A stretch of DNA of 32,000 bases from contig NZ_CP007536.1 in NCBI RefSeq assembly GCF_000698785.1, positions 660,001-692,000 of the forward strand. The letters are read 5' to 3'. Of this stretch, positions 23,223-31,642 are shown in pieces. The translations under genes were made by a program, and so were the position numbers. Origin of the DNA: Nitrososphaera viennensis EN76 (GTDB lineage Archaea > Thermoproteota > Nitrososphaeria > Nitrososphaerales > Nitrososphaeraceae). Numbering within the stretch: the first letter of the stretch is position 1; each line of letters starts with the position of its first letter. The notes beneath the pieces are model-generated. The model was given only the letters and a program-made list of their open reading frames with translations, did no database searches and had not been told where the DNA came from.

Positions 23223-24271
23223 CTAGCGTCCTCTTTTTTCTTCTCGCCGTCGGCAGGCACGATCGTTTCTTTCTTGCCTATTGCGAGTTTCATGAGGGCG
23301 ATCCACATTATGACAAGCGGCACGTGGTAGGTCGCTATCCTCCATGCGATGATCACGCTGAGCTTCGAGTCGGCAGCAATGTCGGCGAGATTTGGCACGC
23401 TTGAGAGGTTGGAGACGTAGGCCCAGATGCCAAGCTCCGCAAGGCCCGAGCCCCCTATGGTAACAGGCAGGTTTGCGATCGCGTTTGACGCTGCAACGGC
23501 CATGAGCGAGTCAAACATCCCTATCCCTACCCCGACCGAGTCGGCAAGGACCATGAACGAGATGCCGTACGCAAGAAACGACGCAAAGGTCAGTGCAAGG
23601 CCGACTGCAAACGGCTTGATGACCTTGCTTGAGGAAAAGTTCTCCCGGCTCATGGTGCACAGGTCGTCAAGGGCCTTGTTGGCCTGGGCTATGTACTTGT
23701 CCGCCTTGTCCTTGGCAAAGCGCCGGGCAAGCCTGTCGATGAACTGCGGGACGCGCAGGTTGCGCTTTGCCGAGTAGAGGATCAGGACGAGCCAGAACAC
23801 AAAGGTCGGCAGCGCGACGGCAATCACGGTAATCCCGACGGCAGTCCCGCCCCGGGAAAGGGCAAGCCCGCCGGCGACAAAGGCAAGTATCGTAACTGCA
23901 AAGACGTCGGCGATTATCTCCATCGTGGCCACCCATGCGGCCTTGCCTGCAGGCACGCCGTTTTTGGACAGCCATGCTATCCTGACAAACTCGCCTCCCA
24001 CGTACGAAGGCGTCGTGTAGGTGACAAACTCGCCTGCAAGCCTTGCCGCCATGGTCTTGCCGGGCGAGCTTACGTCGTAGCCGATGAACTTGTGCACAAA
24101 GTACTTGAACCGGTACGCCTGGATCATTATCCTTGCAACCGCGGCCACTGCCGAGGCGACAAAGGGCACCAGGCCGACTGCGAATATGTCCTGCGGCGAT
24201 ACCTTGGTGGTCAGGAACATTATGATAAAGGGAACGATGCTCGCCGGGATAGCAGCGATTCTCCAGTTCAA
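23219..24271 (-). CDS. Polytopic membrane protein (about 8 TM; UPF0104/LPG-synthase-TM-like by appearance)
   Basis: Repeated hydrophobic helices with basic loops (QAYRFKYFVHKF, SAKRNLRVPQFIDRLARRFAKDK). Family assignment is from memory only. Confidence 0.6.
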   Translation of the reverse strand: MNWRIAAIPASIVPFIIMFLTTKVSPQDIFAVGLVPFVASAVAAVARIMIQAYRFKYFVHKFIGYDVSSPGKTMAARLAGEFVTYTTPSYVGGEFVRIAWLSKNGVPAGKAAWVATMEIIADVFAVTILAFVAGGLALSRGGTAVGITVIAVALPTFVFWLVLILYSAKRNLRVPQFIDRLARRFAKDKADKYIAQANKALDDLCTMSRENFSSSKVIKPFAVGLALTFASFLAYGISFMVLADSVGVGIGMFDSLMAVAASNAIANLPVTIGGSGLAELGIWAYVSNLSSVPNLADIAADSKLSVIIAWRIATYHVPLVIMWIALMKLAIGKKETIVPADGEKKKEDAS

Positions 24272-24368
24272 CGCCGTTTTTTGTACACTCTGGAGATATA
24301 TATAATAACGAATAATAACCCTCTGCGGGAAACATTAATCCATCCTATGCAGACATGATTTTCAGGTC

Positions 24369-24728
24369 ATGGATCACGCCAGCCTCTGCAAGGCCGTTGC
24401 AGCCCTTCATGGCAACATCCAGGCGGCGGTGGTCGTTTCAAATGGAGAGATGATAGCCCGACACGTCAGGCAGGGAGTACCGATCCCTCCAACAACGGAA
24501 CTTGAAAAGTTGTTCATGCGGGCAGAGGTGTTTGTGGGCATGACAAAGCAAAGCGACCACCTGTTTGGCAGGACTGGCTATGTCATGACCAACCACGAAA
24601 TGCTTGACACTTTTATATTCTCAATACCGGACAACAGCGTCCTTATCCTCCCCATCGTCAATCCGTACAACCACGACGAACTGCTCGACAAGGTCGGCAG
24701 CCTGCTTGGAGTCAAGTTTGGCTGGTGA
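24369..24728 (+). CDS. Roadblock/LC7 (MglB)-like small protein (tentative)
   Basis: 119 aa. The pattern LHGNIQAAVVVSNGEMIARH...(helix)...GYVMTNHEMLDTFIFSIPDNSVLILPIV matches the alpha-beta-beta-alpha-beta-beta layout of Roadblock proteins. Lies 59 nt upstream of a GTPase gene. Confidence 0.45.
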   Translation: MDHASLCKAVAALHGNIQAAVVVSNGEMIARHVRQGVPIPPTTELEKLFMRAEVFVGMTKQSDHLFGRTGYVMTNHEMLDTFIFSIPDNSVLILPIVNPYNHDELLDKVGSLLGVKFGW

Positions 24729-24787
24729 CAGAAGAATGTGTAAAGCAGATATATACTTCGTAGAGTGCCCTCTTTACACAAAGAGAG

Positions 24788-25543
24788 ATGGTAAACGCCA
24801 TTTTCGTCACCGGCACTGCCGGCTCGGGCAAGTCGCTTTTGACCTCAAGGCTGATGCAGTGGTACCGCGACACGGGCGCCTACCCCGTGACCCTGAATCT
24901 TGACCCCGGCGCAGTCACGCTTCCATACGAGCCAGACATTGACGTACGCAACTACATAGACATCGGCACGCTCATGGAAAGCTATGCCCTCGGGCCCAAC
25001 GGCGCGCTGGTCATGGCAAGCGACCTGGTGGCGACCAAGCTTGACGAGATCCAGGAAGAGGTCTACGAGGCAAACCCCGACTATTTGATAGTGGACACGC
25101 CAGGCCAGATAGAACTGTTTGCGTTCCGGGCAAGCGGGCCCTACTTTGTATCAAACCTGCAGGCAGACAACAAGGCGACAGTGTTTGCGTTCGACGGCAC
25201 GCTCGTCTCTTCGCCGATAAACTTTGTGTCGATATCGCTCCTTGCCTCGGCGGTAAAATTGCGACTGAAAACCGCGCAGGTAAATGCACTTACAAAACGG
25301 GACCTCGTCATCGACAGGCTGAAGGACATACTCGACTGGGCGGCGTCCGCCCAGGCGCTCGAGTCGGCGCTCAACGTCGAAAAAGACGCCGAGTATTCGC
25401 TTTTGAGCAAGGACCTTTCAAGGAGCATGACTCGCGCCGGCTTTGCGCCCGGCCTTGTCGCAGTCTCTAGCACGACCATGAACGGGCTGGTAAACGTGGC
25501 TGCCGCCCTTGCCCGAACCCTTAATCAGGGAGAGGACGGATAG
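24788..25543 (+). CDS. GPN-loop GTPase
   Basis: P-loop VTGTAGSGKS, the eponymous LGPNGAL, switch II VDTPGQIELF, NALTKRD (NKxD-like). Confidence 0.88.
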   Translation: MVNAIFVTGTAGSGKSLLTSRLMQWYRDTGAYPVTLNLDPGAVTLPYEPDIDVRNYIDIGTLMESYALGPNGALVMASDLVATKLDEIQEEVYEANPDYLIVDTPGQIELFAFRASGPYFVSNLQADNKATVFAFDGTLVSSPINFVSISLLASAVKLRLKTAQVNALTKRDLVIDRLKDILDWAASAQALESALNVEKDAEYSLLSKDLSRSMTRAGFAPGLVAVSSTTMNGLVNVAAALARTLNQGEDG

Positions 25544-25545
25544 CA

Positions 25546-26507
25546 TGGCGGTGAAGAAAAGGTCCTCATCCTGCACGGCTGTTGCGCCTTCGTCGACGGC
25601 AAACCTTGGCCCTGGCTATGACGTTTTCGGCCTTGCGCTTGACGCGCTGTACGACAGGGTCAGGATAACAAAAGTAGCGGGCAAGAACAGCGGCAGGATA
25701 ACGATAAAGATGTCAGACGGCGCAATACCGGCTGCCCTCGAGTCCAACTCGGCGGGGCTTGTCATCAAAAAGATGGCACAGGACTTTGCCATCACAGACG
25801 ACCTTGACGTCGTGGTGAAAAAGGGCGTGCCGGCAGGGTACGGCATGGGCTCCAGTGCCGCGTCGGCAGCGGCTGCTGCAGTGGCATTTGCCGGCCTTTA
25901 CAAACTAAAAATAGACAGGAACAAACTGGTCGAGTACGCGGCAGAAGGCGAGGTGGCAAGCGCAGGGGCGCGCCACTACGACAACGTCTCGGCGTCGGTG
26001 CTCGGCGGGTTTATTATCTCAAGCGTCGGGCAGGACGGCACCATCAGGTTCATCCGCATCGAGCCACCAAAAGACCTCCTTATTGTAGTGGCAGTCCCGT
26101 CAATACCGGTGCCGGCGAAAAAGACGGAGGTGGCAAGGAGCGTCCTTCCAAGGGAAGTGCCGCTGAAAAGCGCGGTGCACAACGTATCTGGCGCAAGCAC
26201 CATTGTCGCAGGGTTTGCTCTAGGCGACGTGGAGATGATTGGACGCGGAATCGACGACGACGTCATTGTCGAGCCGGCAAGAAAGCACCTGATACCCGGC
26301 TACGACAGCGTCAGGAAAAACGCCCTTGCCGCAGGTGCGCTTGCAGTGACCATCAGCGGCGCAGGCCCTTCAATGATCGCATTTCTCAAGGGAAAAACAA
26401 AAAGAAAACAGGTGATAAAAGCCATGGAAGCAGGCTTTTCTGAGGCCGGCGTAAAGTGCCGGACCTTTGCCTGCGGTCCAAGCAAGGGCGCGCGTATAGT
26501 TGTCTAG
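25546..26507 (+). CDS. thrB: Homoserine kinase
   Basis: APSSTANLGPGYDVFGLAL and the GHMP motif VPAGYGMGSSAASAAAA. ATG 25546 is 2 nt after the GTPase stop. The track ORF starts at TTG 25509. Confidence 0.85.
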
Positions 26508-27368
26508 TTACTTTTTTCCCTTGTTGAGGAAGGCAGACATCATGTTCTTCCTGTCCTCGTGCGCAAAGCAGAGCGCCCAGCCGTAGATCTCCAGGCGCAG
26601 GCCCGTCTCGATGTCCGAGTCCATGCCGCGGTTTATGAGCATCTTGCTGACCTTGACGGCGGTAAAGCTGTTCTTTGTTATCTCCTTGGCAAGTGCCATG
26701 CAGTCAGCCATCAGCTTCTTGTTCAGGATCTTGGCCACCTCTGCGGCGCGTGCCTTTTCTGCGGCTGCGTCGCCCTTTGGAGCCTCTGGCGGGAGCTGGT
26801 CTTCAGCGCCCAGCTTGACGACCTTGTTGACAAGGCCGATTGACGCCGCTTCGTCCGCGGTTATCATCTTGCCGGTGTAGATCATCTCCTTTGCCTTTGC
26901 GGGGCCGACAATGCGCAGCAGTCTCTGCGTTCCGCCCCATCCAGGCGGGATCCCGATTGTCACCTCGGGCTGGCCGATCTTGGCGTTTTCAGACGCGATG
27001 CGTATGTCGCAGACCATCGCCAGCTCGCAGCCGCCGCCAAGCGCAAAGCCGTTTACAGCAGCAATGACCGGCTTTTCCAGCTTCTCTATCTTGTTGAGGA
27101 CTGCCTGCGCCGCTGACGCGTACTTTTCTGCAGCCATCGGCTCTATGTTGACCATGAAGGCAATGTCTGCTCCTGCGCAGAACGCGCGCTCGCCTGCGCC
27201 CGTGATGACAACGCACTTTGTCCCCTCGTCGGCGGCAAGTATGTCTATTGTGCGTGAAAGCTCGGCAATGACGTCAACGTTCATGGCGTTGAGCGCCTCT
27301 GGCCTGTTTATCTTGACAACGGCTATTTCGCCGTGCGGTTCAAGCTGGATATACTTCATTGTGGACAT
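26508..27368 (-). CDS. Enoyl-CoA hydratase (crotonase family; candidate 3-hydroxypropionyl-CoA dehydratase/crotonyl-CoA hydratase)
   Basis: FCAGADI, GFALGGGCELAMVCD, GQPEVTIGIPPGWGGTQRL; both catalytic Glu are present. Role in the thaumarchaeal HP/HB cycle is an inference. Confidence 0.85.
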   Translation of the reverse strand: MSTMKYIQLEPHGEIAVVKINRPEALNAMNVDVIAELSRTIDILAADEGTKCVVITGAGERAFCAGADIAFMVNIEPMAAEKYASAAQAVLNKIEKLEKPVIAAVNGFALGGGCELAMVCDIRIASENAKIGQPEVTIGIPPGWGGTQRLLRIVGPAKAKEMIYTGKMITADEAASIGLVNKVVKLGAEDQLPPEAPKGDAAAEKARAAEVAKILNKKLMADCMALAKEITKNSFTAVKVSKMLINRGMDSDIETGLRLEIYGWALCFAHEDRKNMMSAFLNKGKK

Positions 27369-27474
27369 ATGGGAGAGAGGCAGCTTCCGCCTTAAATTAA
27401 AGCTTATTCATGTTCGGTGTGGAGGCCGTACGCGGTCAAGGGTGCGAAGTTAAAAGCAGGCTAGTACATGGTAT

Positions 27475-28344
27475 GTGGCGTTGACAAGGTTCCACCGCGC
27501 AAACGCCAAGAGTTTTAGCGATGCAAACATCATCGTAATGGGCGTGCCTGACGAGTCCAGGTCGCACGCGACGCGCAAGGGCACAAGCACCGCGCCGGAC
27601 ACCATCCGCGCCGCGTCTGACGAGTCCGAGTTCTTTGTGCGCGACGGCAAGCTCATTCCAACAGTTCCGATGCGCGGGACGCTTGAGGGCAAGCGCATCT
27701 TTGACGCAGGCAACGTGCAGAGAAACGCCGTGTACGAGCAGGCGCGAAAAATAGTCGAGGCAGGCAAGACCCCGGTTACGCTGGGCGGCGACCACTCGCT
27801 TACCACCGACATTTTAAAGGCCGCAGGCAGCGGGCGCAAACTGTCGCTCTTGTACTTTGACGCGCACCCGGATTTCGTGTCATCGGCAAGGAACTATTAC
27901 GGCTCGGTGCTGACCGACTCGGCAGACTATGTCGATTACAAAAAGAGCATGCTTGTAGGCACGAGGGCGGCAGAGCCGGAAGAGATTGAAAACGCAAAGA
28001 AGGCCGGCCTTGCGATGGTCACGCCGATTGACATTACCGACCTTGGTGTTCACAAGGTTGCAGAGATGATAAGAGAAAAGGTCGCAGGAAGCAGGGTGTA
28101 CATTTCAGTCGACCTCGACTGTGTCGACCCTGCGTTTGCGCCCGGCGTGTCCGTGCCTTCGCCCGGCGGAATCACCGTTGCAGACCTGTTGTACCTGCTG
28201 ACAAGCACGATAAGTAGCTGCGATGTCATAGGCTTTGACATCGTGGAACTGTCGCCGGACTATGACGCAGACGGCCGGACGGCAAACCTTGCGGCAAGGA
28301 TACTGACAGAGTGCATCGCGTGTCTGAAAAAGAGCCCTAGCTAG
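27475..28344 (+). CDS. speB: Agmatinase/ureohydrolase family protein
   Basis: LGGDHSLT, YFDAHPDF, SVDLDCVDPAFAPG, and ELSPDYD Mn-binding motifs. Confidence 0.85.
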   Translation: MALTRFHRANAKSFSDANIIVMGVPDESRSHATRKGTSTAPDTIRAASDESEFFVRDGKLIPTVPMRGTLEGKRIFDAGNVQRNAVYEQARKIVEAGKTPVTLGGDHSLTTDILKAAGSGRKLSLLYFDAHPDFVSSARNYYGSVLTDSADYVDYKKSMLVGTRAAEPEEIENAKKAGLAMVTPIDITDLGVHKVAEMIREKVAGSRVYISVDLDCVDPAFAPGVSVPSPGGITVADLLYLLTSTISSCDVIGFDIVELSPDYDADGRTANLAARILTECIACLKKSPS

Positions 28345-28631
28345 ATCCTGTCGACTATTTCCTTCAGGCTGTCGGGCAGTTCTGGAAGCTCGGTGTGGCT
28401 GACGTTGTTCTGAATGATGTCAGGGCCTATCCTGCGCACCCTCTGCGTGGCGATGAGGGTGTCGATTCCCCGCTCGACATCCTTTGTTGACAGGATGCCG
28501 TTCAGTTTTTCCTTTATGGTGTTTTCCGAGTCGTACTTGTTTATCGCGTACTGGAGCAGAGTGAGCTTGTCATTCATCGAGAGCGACATGACGACATCAC
28601 TTGCAGGCGCACGGCTAATAAGAATTTTCAA
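28341..28631 (-). CDS. Hypothetical small protein, winged-helix-like
   Basis: KLTLLQYAINKYDSENTIKEKLNGILSTKDVERGIDTLIATQRVRRIG has a helix-turn-helix-wing pattern. Internal ATGs at 28589 and 28577 are alternative starts. Confidence 0.4.
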   Translation of the reverse strand: MKILISRAPASDVVMSLSMNDKLTLLQYAINKYDSENTIKEKLNGILSTKDVERGIDTLIATQRVRRIGPDIIQNNVSHTELPELPDSLKEIVDRI

Positions 28632-28664
28632 TGCTTTTTATCTCCTTGGAGCTGCAATTAGCCC

Positions 28665-28883
28665 ATGGCGGCTGCCATCGACGAATTAAAGGCGCTCCTG
28701 CAAAAAGGCTGCAAGGTACAAAAGGTGCAGCCTGCCATGTTTGCGTCAGACGCAGAGGTCAATATCGTCATCGTGACTGTTTCATGCCCTGACGGCGGCA
28801 TCCACACAGTCAAGGCGTACAGGGAGGAGGCCAAGGAGCTGCGGGAGTTTGCCAGAAAGCAACAGCAGGCTTTACAATTGTAA
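28665..28883 (+). CDS. Hypothetical 72-aa protein upstream of copA
   Basis: ORF ends 39 nt before copA on the same strand. Two Cys (KGC, SCPDGG), but no MxCxxC or TRASH motif. Confidence 0.4.
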   Translation: MAAAIDELKALLQKGCKVQKVQPAMFASDAEVNIVIVTVSCPDGGIHTVKAYREEAKELREFARKQQQALQL

Positions 28884-28922
28884 GGTCCGGTAATTAAATA
28901 ACCGGCTATCGAAAAATCAGGC

Positions 28923-31376
28923 GTGGAGGAGGCAAGCGCCCAGACAACAGCAACAAAAAAGACCCTGCTCAAGATAGGCGGGATGCACTGCGCGGGGTGC
29001 GTCAATTCCATCCAGAGGCACGTCTCGACAGTTGAAGGCGTGTCAAAGGTGGAGGTCAACCTCGCAAGCGAAAAGGCGGTTGTAGAATTTGACCCTGCAA
29101 AGGTGGGTTTGCCCGACATCGAAAAGGCAATTGAAGAGGTCGGCTACCGGGTAGTCTACGAAAAGGTGTCGCTAAAGGTCGAGGGCATCACCGACTCGGC
29201 AGACGCCCAGAGACTGGAAGGCGGGATTTCGAGGATGGAAGGCGTCAGGTCGGCGTCTGCAAACTATGGAAACGCGCAGGTGCTTGTCGAGTACAGCCCT
29301 GCGCTCGTGTCGCTTGCAGACATTCGCAAAAAGGTGGGCGACTATGGCTACAGCGTCATTGGCGAGAGCACGCAGGCAAGCGCCCACGACGTCGAGGCGC
29401 GCAAGCTCAAAAACCTGTTCTTTCTTGGCGTCGCATTCACGGTACCTGTCGTTTTGTTCAGCTACCCAGAAGTGTTTTCGTTCCTGCCGCTTGCTGGGAC
29501 AAGCGCCGGGGCGTATATCGCTTTTGCTGCGGCGTCAATAGTCCAGTTTGTCACTGGGAGCAGGTTCTACTCTGGCGCATTCAGGATAGCAAGGATGAGG
29601 TCTGCCAACATGGACACGCTTGTGGTCCTTGGCACGACTGCCGCATACGTGTTCAGCGCATACAACACTTTCCCGGCGCCAACATGGCACGGCATCTACT
29701 ACGACGCCTCGTCGCTTGTGATCACGTTCATACTGCTCGGCAAGTACCTTGAGCTAAAGACAAAGGGCAGGACTGGCGCCGTGATACGCAAGATGCTGGA
29801 GCTCCAGCCCAAGGCGGCAAGGGTCAAAAAGGCAGACGGCTCGGAGGTAGAGACGCCGGTGGAACTGATACAGCCCGGCGACATCATAATCGTCAGGCCG
29901 GGAGAAAAGATACCTGTCGACTCGACGGTTGTGCAGGGCAAGTCCGCAATCGACGAGTCGATGGCGACAGGCGAGTCCGCACCCGTACACAAGAAAACCG
30001 GCGACAGCGCAATCGGAGGCACCGTGAACAGGGAAGGGATGCTCCTTGTCAAGGCGACCAGGGTTGGCGCAGACTCGTTTCTTTCACAGGTAGTGAAGCT
30101 GGTCGAAGAGGCTATGGGCAAAAAGCCGGCGATGCAGAAGCTCGTGGACAAGGTTGCAGGGTATTTCGCGTACGCGGTGATGGCAGTTGCCGTTGCGGCC
30201 TTTGGCATATGGTACGCGCTTGCAGCAGGAGCAACAGAAGCAGCGATAATCCCGGCAGTGGCCATACTGGCCGTGGCGTGCCCGTGCGCGCTCGGCCTTG
30301 CCACTCCCACCGCGATAATGGTCGGGATGGGCAAGGGCGCTGCGCATGGAGTCATCTTCAAGAGCGGCGACGCGATTGAGGCGCTCAGCAAGGCCAGGGC
30401 GGTAGTATTTGACAAGACGGGCACGCTCACGCAGGGCAGGCCGCAGGTCACAGACGTCATACAGCTAAAGCAGGAAATTGATACGGAAGGCCAGAGCGTG
30501 CCTGACAGTACAGGCGTGCTGCTCCTTGCCGCCACTGCGGAGAACTACTCGGAGCACCCACTTGCAAAGGCAATAGTCGGCCACGCCAAGAGCGCAGGGA
30601 TAGAGCCGAAGGAGGTCTCTGACTTTCAGGTGACCCCAGGCATGGGCGTGACTGCGGTATGGGACGGCACCACGGTAAGGGTGGGCAGCAAAAAGTTCAT
30701 AGAAGAGGCGGGCGTGGGCGCCGCCGTCTCGTCTGCGCAGGCAGCGGTGGAAAAACTGCAGGCGCAGGGCAAGACGGCTGTGCTGGTGACTGCAAACAGC
30801 GACATTGTCGGCGTCATCGGCCTGATGGACGCGCCCAAGCAAGAGGCCAGAGAAGCGATAGAGGCGCTCAAGGGCCTCGGCATCGAGCCAGTGATGGTGA
30901 CAGGCGACAACAGGAGGACGGCCGAGGAGATAGCCAGGCTAGTCGGAATAGAGAGGGTCTATGCAGGAGTGCTCCCTTCAGGCAAGGTGGACGCAATAAA
31001 CGAGATACGCAAAAGCGGCATGGTAGTAGTGGCGATGGTAGGCGACGGGATAAACGACGCTCCCGCTCTCACTGCCGCCGATGTCGGCATGGCTATAGGC
31101 TCTGGCACAGACCTTGCGATAGAGGCAGGAAGCGTAGTGCTAGTAAAAAGCGACATTCGCGGCGTAGTTTCAGCGGTCGAGATTGCAAGAAAGACGGTCG
31201 GCAAGATAAAGCAGAACCTTGCATACGCATTTCTCTATAATGTCGTTCTGATACCGGTCGCAGCGATGGGGTTGCTGTATCCCGCGCTGGCAGGGCTTGC
31301 GATGGCCGCAAGCTCGGTGTCGGTGACTGCCAGCTCGCTTGCGCTCAAAAGGTGGAAGCCAAGGCTGTCAGGCTAA
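28923..31376 (+). CDS. copA: Copper-translocating P1B-type ATPase
   Basis: HMA1 with GMHCAGC, a second HMA-like fold lacking CxxC, TM CPC (AVACPCALGLATP), DKTGTLT, SEHPLA, MVTGDN, GDGINDAPAL. GTG start. Confidence 0.92.
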   Translation: MEEASAQTTATKKTLLKIGGMHCAGCVNSIQRHVSTVEGVSKVEVNLASEKAVVEFDPAKVGLPDIEKAIEEVGYRVVYEKVSLKVEGITDSADAQRLEGGISRMEGVRSASANYGNAQVLVEYSPALVSLADIRKKVGDYGYSVIGESTQASAHDVEARKLKNLFFLGVAFTVPVVLFSYPEVFSFLPLAGTSAGAYIAFAAASIVQFVTGSRFYSGAFRIARMRSANMDTLVVLGTTAAYVFSAYNTFPAPTWHGIYYDASSLVITFILLGKYLELKTKGRTGAVIRKMLELQPKAARVKKADGSEVETPVELIQPGDIIIVRPGEKIPVDSTVVQGKSAIDESMATGESAPVHKKTGDSAIGGTVNREGMLLVKATRVGADSFLSQVVKLVEEAMGKKPAMQKLVDKVAGYFAYAVMAVAVAAFGIWYALAAGATEAAIIPAVAILAVACPCALGLATPTAIMVGMGKGAAHGVIFKSGDAIEALSKARAVVFDKTGTLTQGRPQVTDVIQLKQEIDTEGQSVPDSTGVLLLAATAENYSEHPLAKAIVGHAKSAGIEPKEVSDFQVTPGMGVTAVWDGTTVRVGSKKFIEEAGVGAAVSSAQAAVEKLQAQGKTAVLVTANSDIVGVIGLMDAPKQEAREAIEALKGLGIEPVMVTGDNRRTAEEIARLVGIERVYAGVLPSGKVDAINEIRKSGMVVVAMVGDGINDAPALTAADVGMAIGSGTDLAIEAGSVVLVKSDIRGVVSAVEIARKTVGKIKQNLAYAFLYNVVLIPVAAMGLLYPALAGLAMAASSVSVTASSLALKRWKPRLSG

Positions 31377-31562
31377 CTAGCCGACTCCCTCTTTTTTCTT
31401 TGAAAGGGAGATAAGGTTGACCTTTTCCGCTTCGTCGTTTGCCTTGTACACGGATTCCTGCTGGCGGTGCAGCTGCTCTTTTCGTGCCTTCCATCCAGCC
31501 ATTGCGGCGCGGTGGTCGTCTGAAAGATTATTGTCTTCGCTACCAGTCAAGTCTCTACGCAC
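31377..31562 (-). CDS. Questionable 61-aa charged ORF
   Basis: ORF only. GTG start and no motif. The stop abuts the copA stop. Confidence 0.2.
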   Translation of the reverse strand: MRRDLTGSEDNNLSDDHRAAMAGWKARKEQLHRQQESVYKANDEAEKVNLISLSKKKEGVG

Positions 31563-31642
31563 ACTGTCAGCCGGGTCTGATTTTTAATCTTTTATTATTA
31601 TCCGGCCACACTTTTTTATCAGGCGCCTGTGGAAAGTATCCT

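Noticed and set aside
23667-24335. 222-aa minus-strand ORF overlapping the membrane-protein gene in another frame
   Set aside because: It is extremely R/C/G-rich with no hydrophobic pattern. The alternative frame (23219-24271) gives a coherent polytopic membrane protein.
29699-30535. 278-aa minus-strand ORF inside copA
   Set aside because: It is antisense to a copA region whose translation carries all P-type ATPase motifs. Its S/T/A/P-rich shadow-frame composition fits an artefact.
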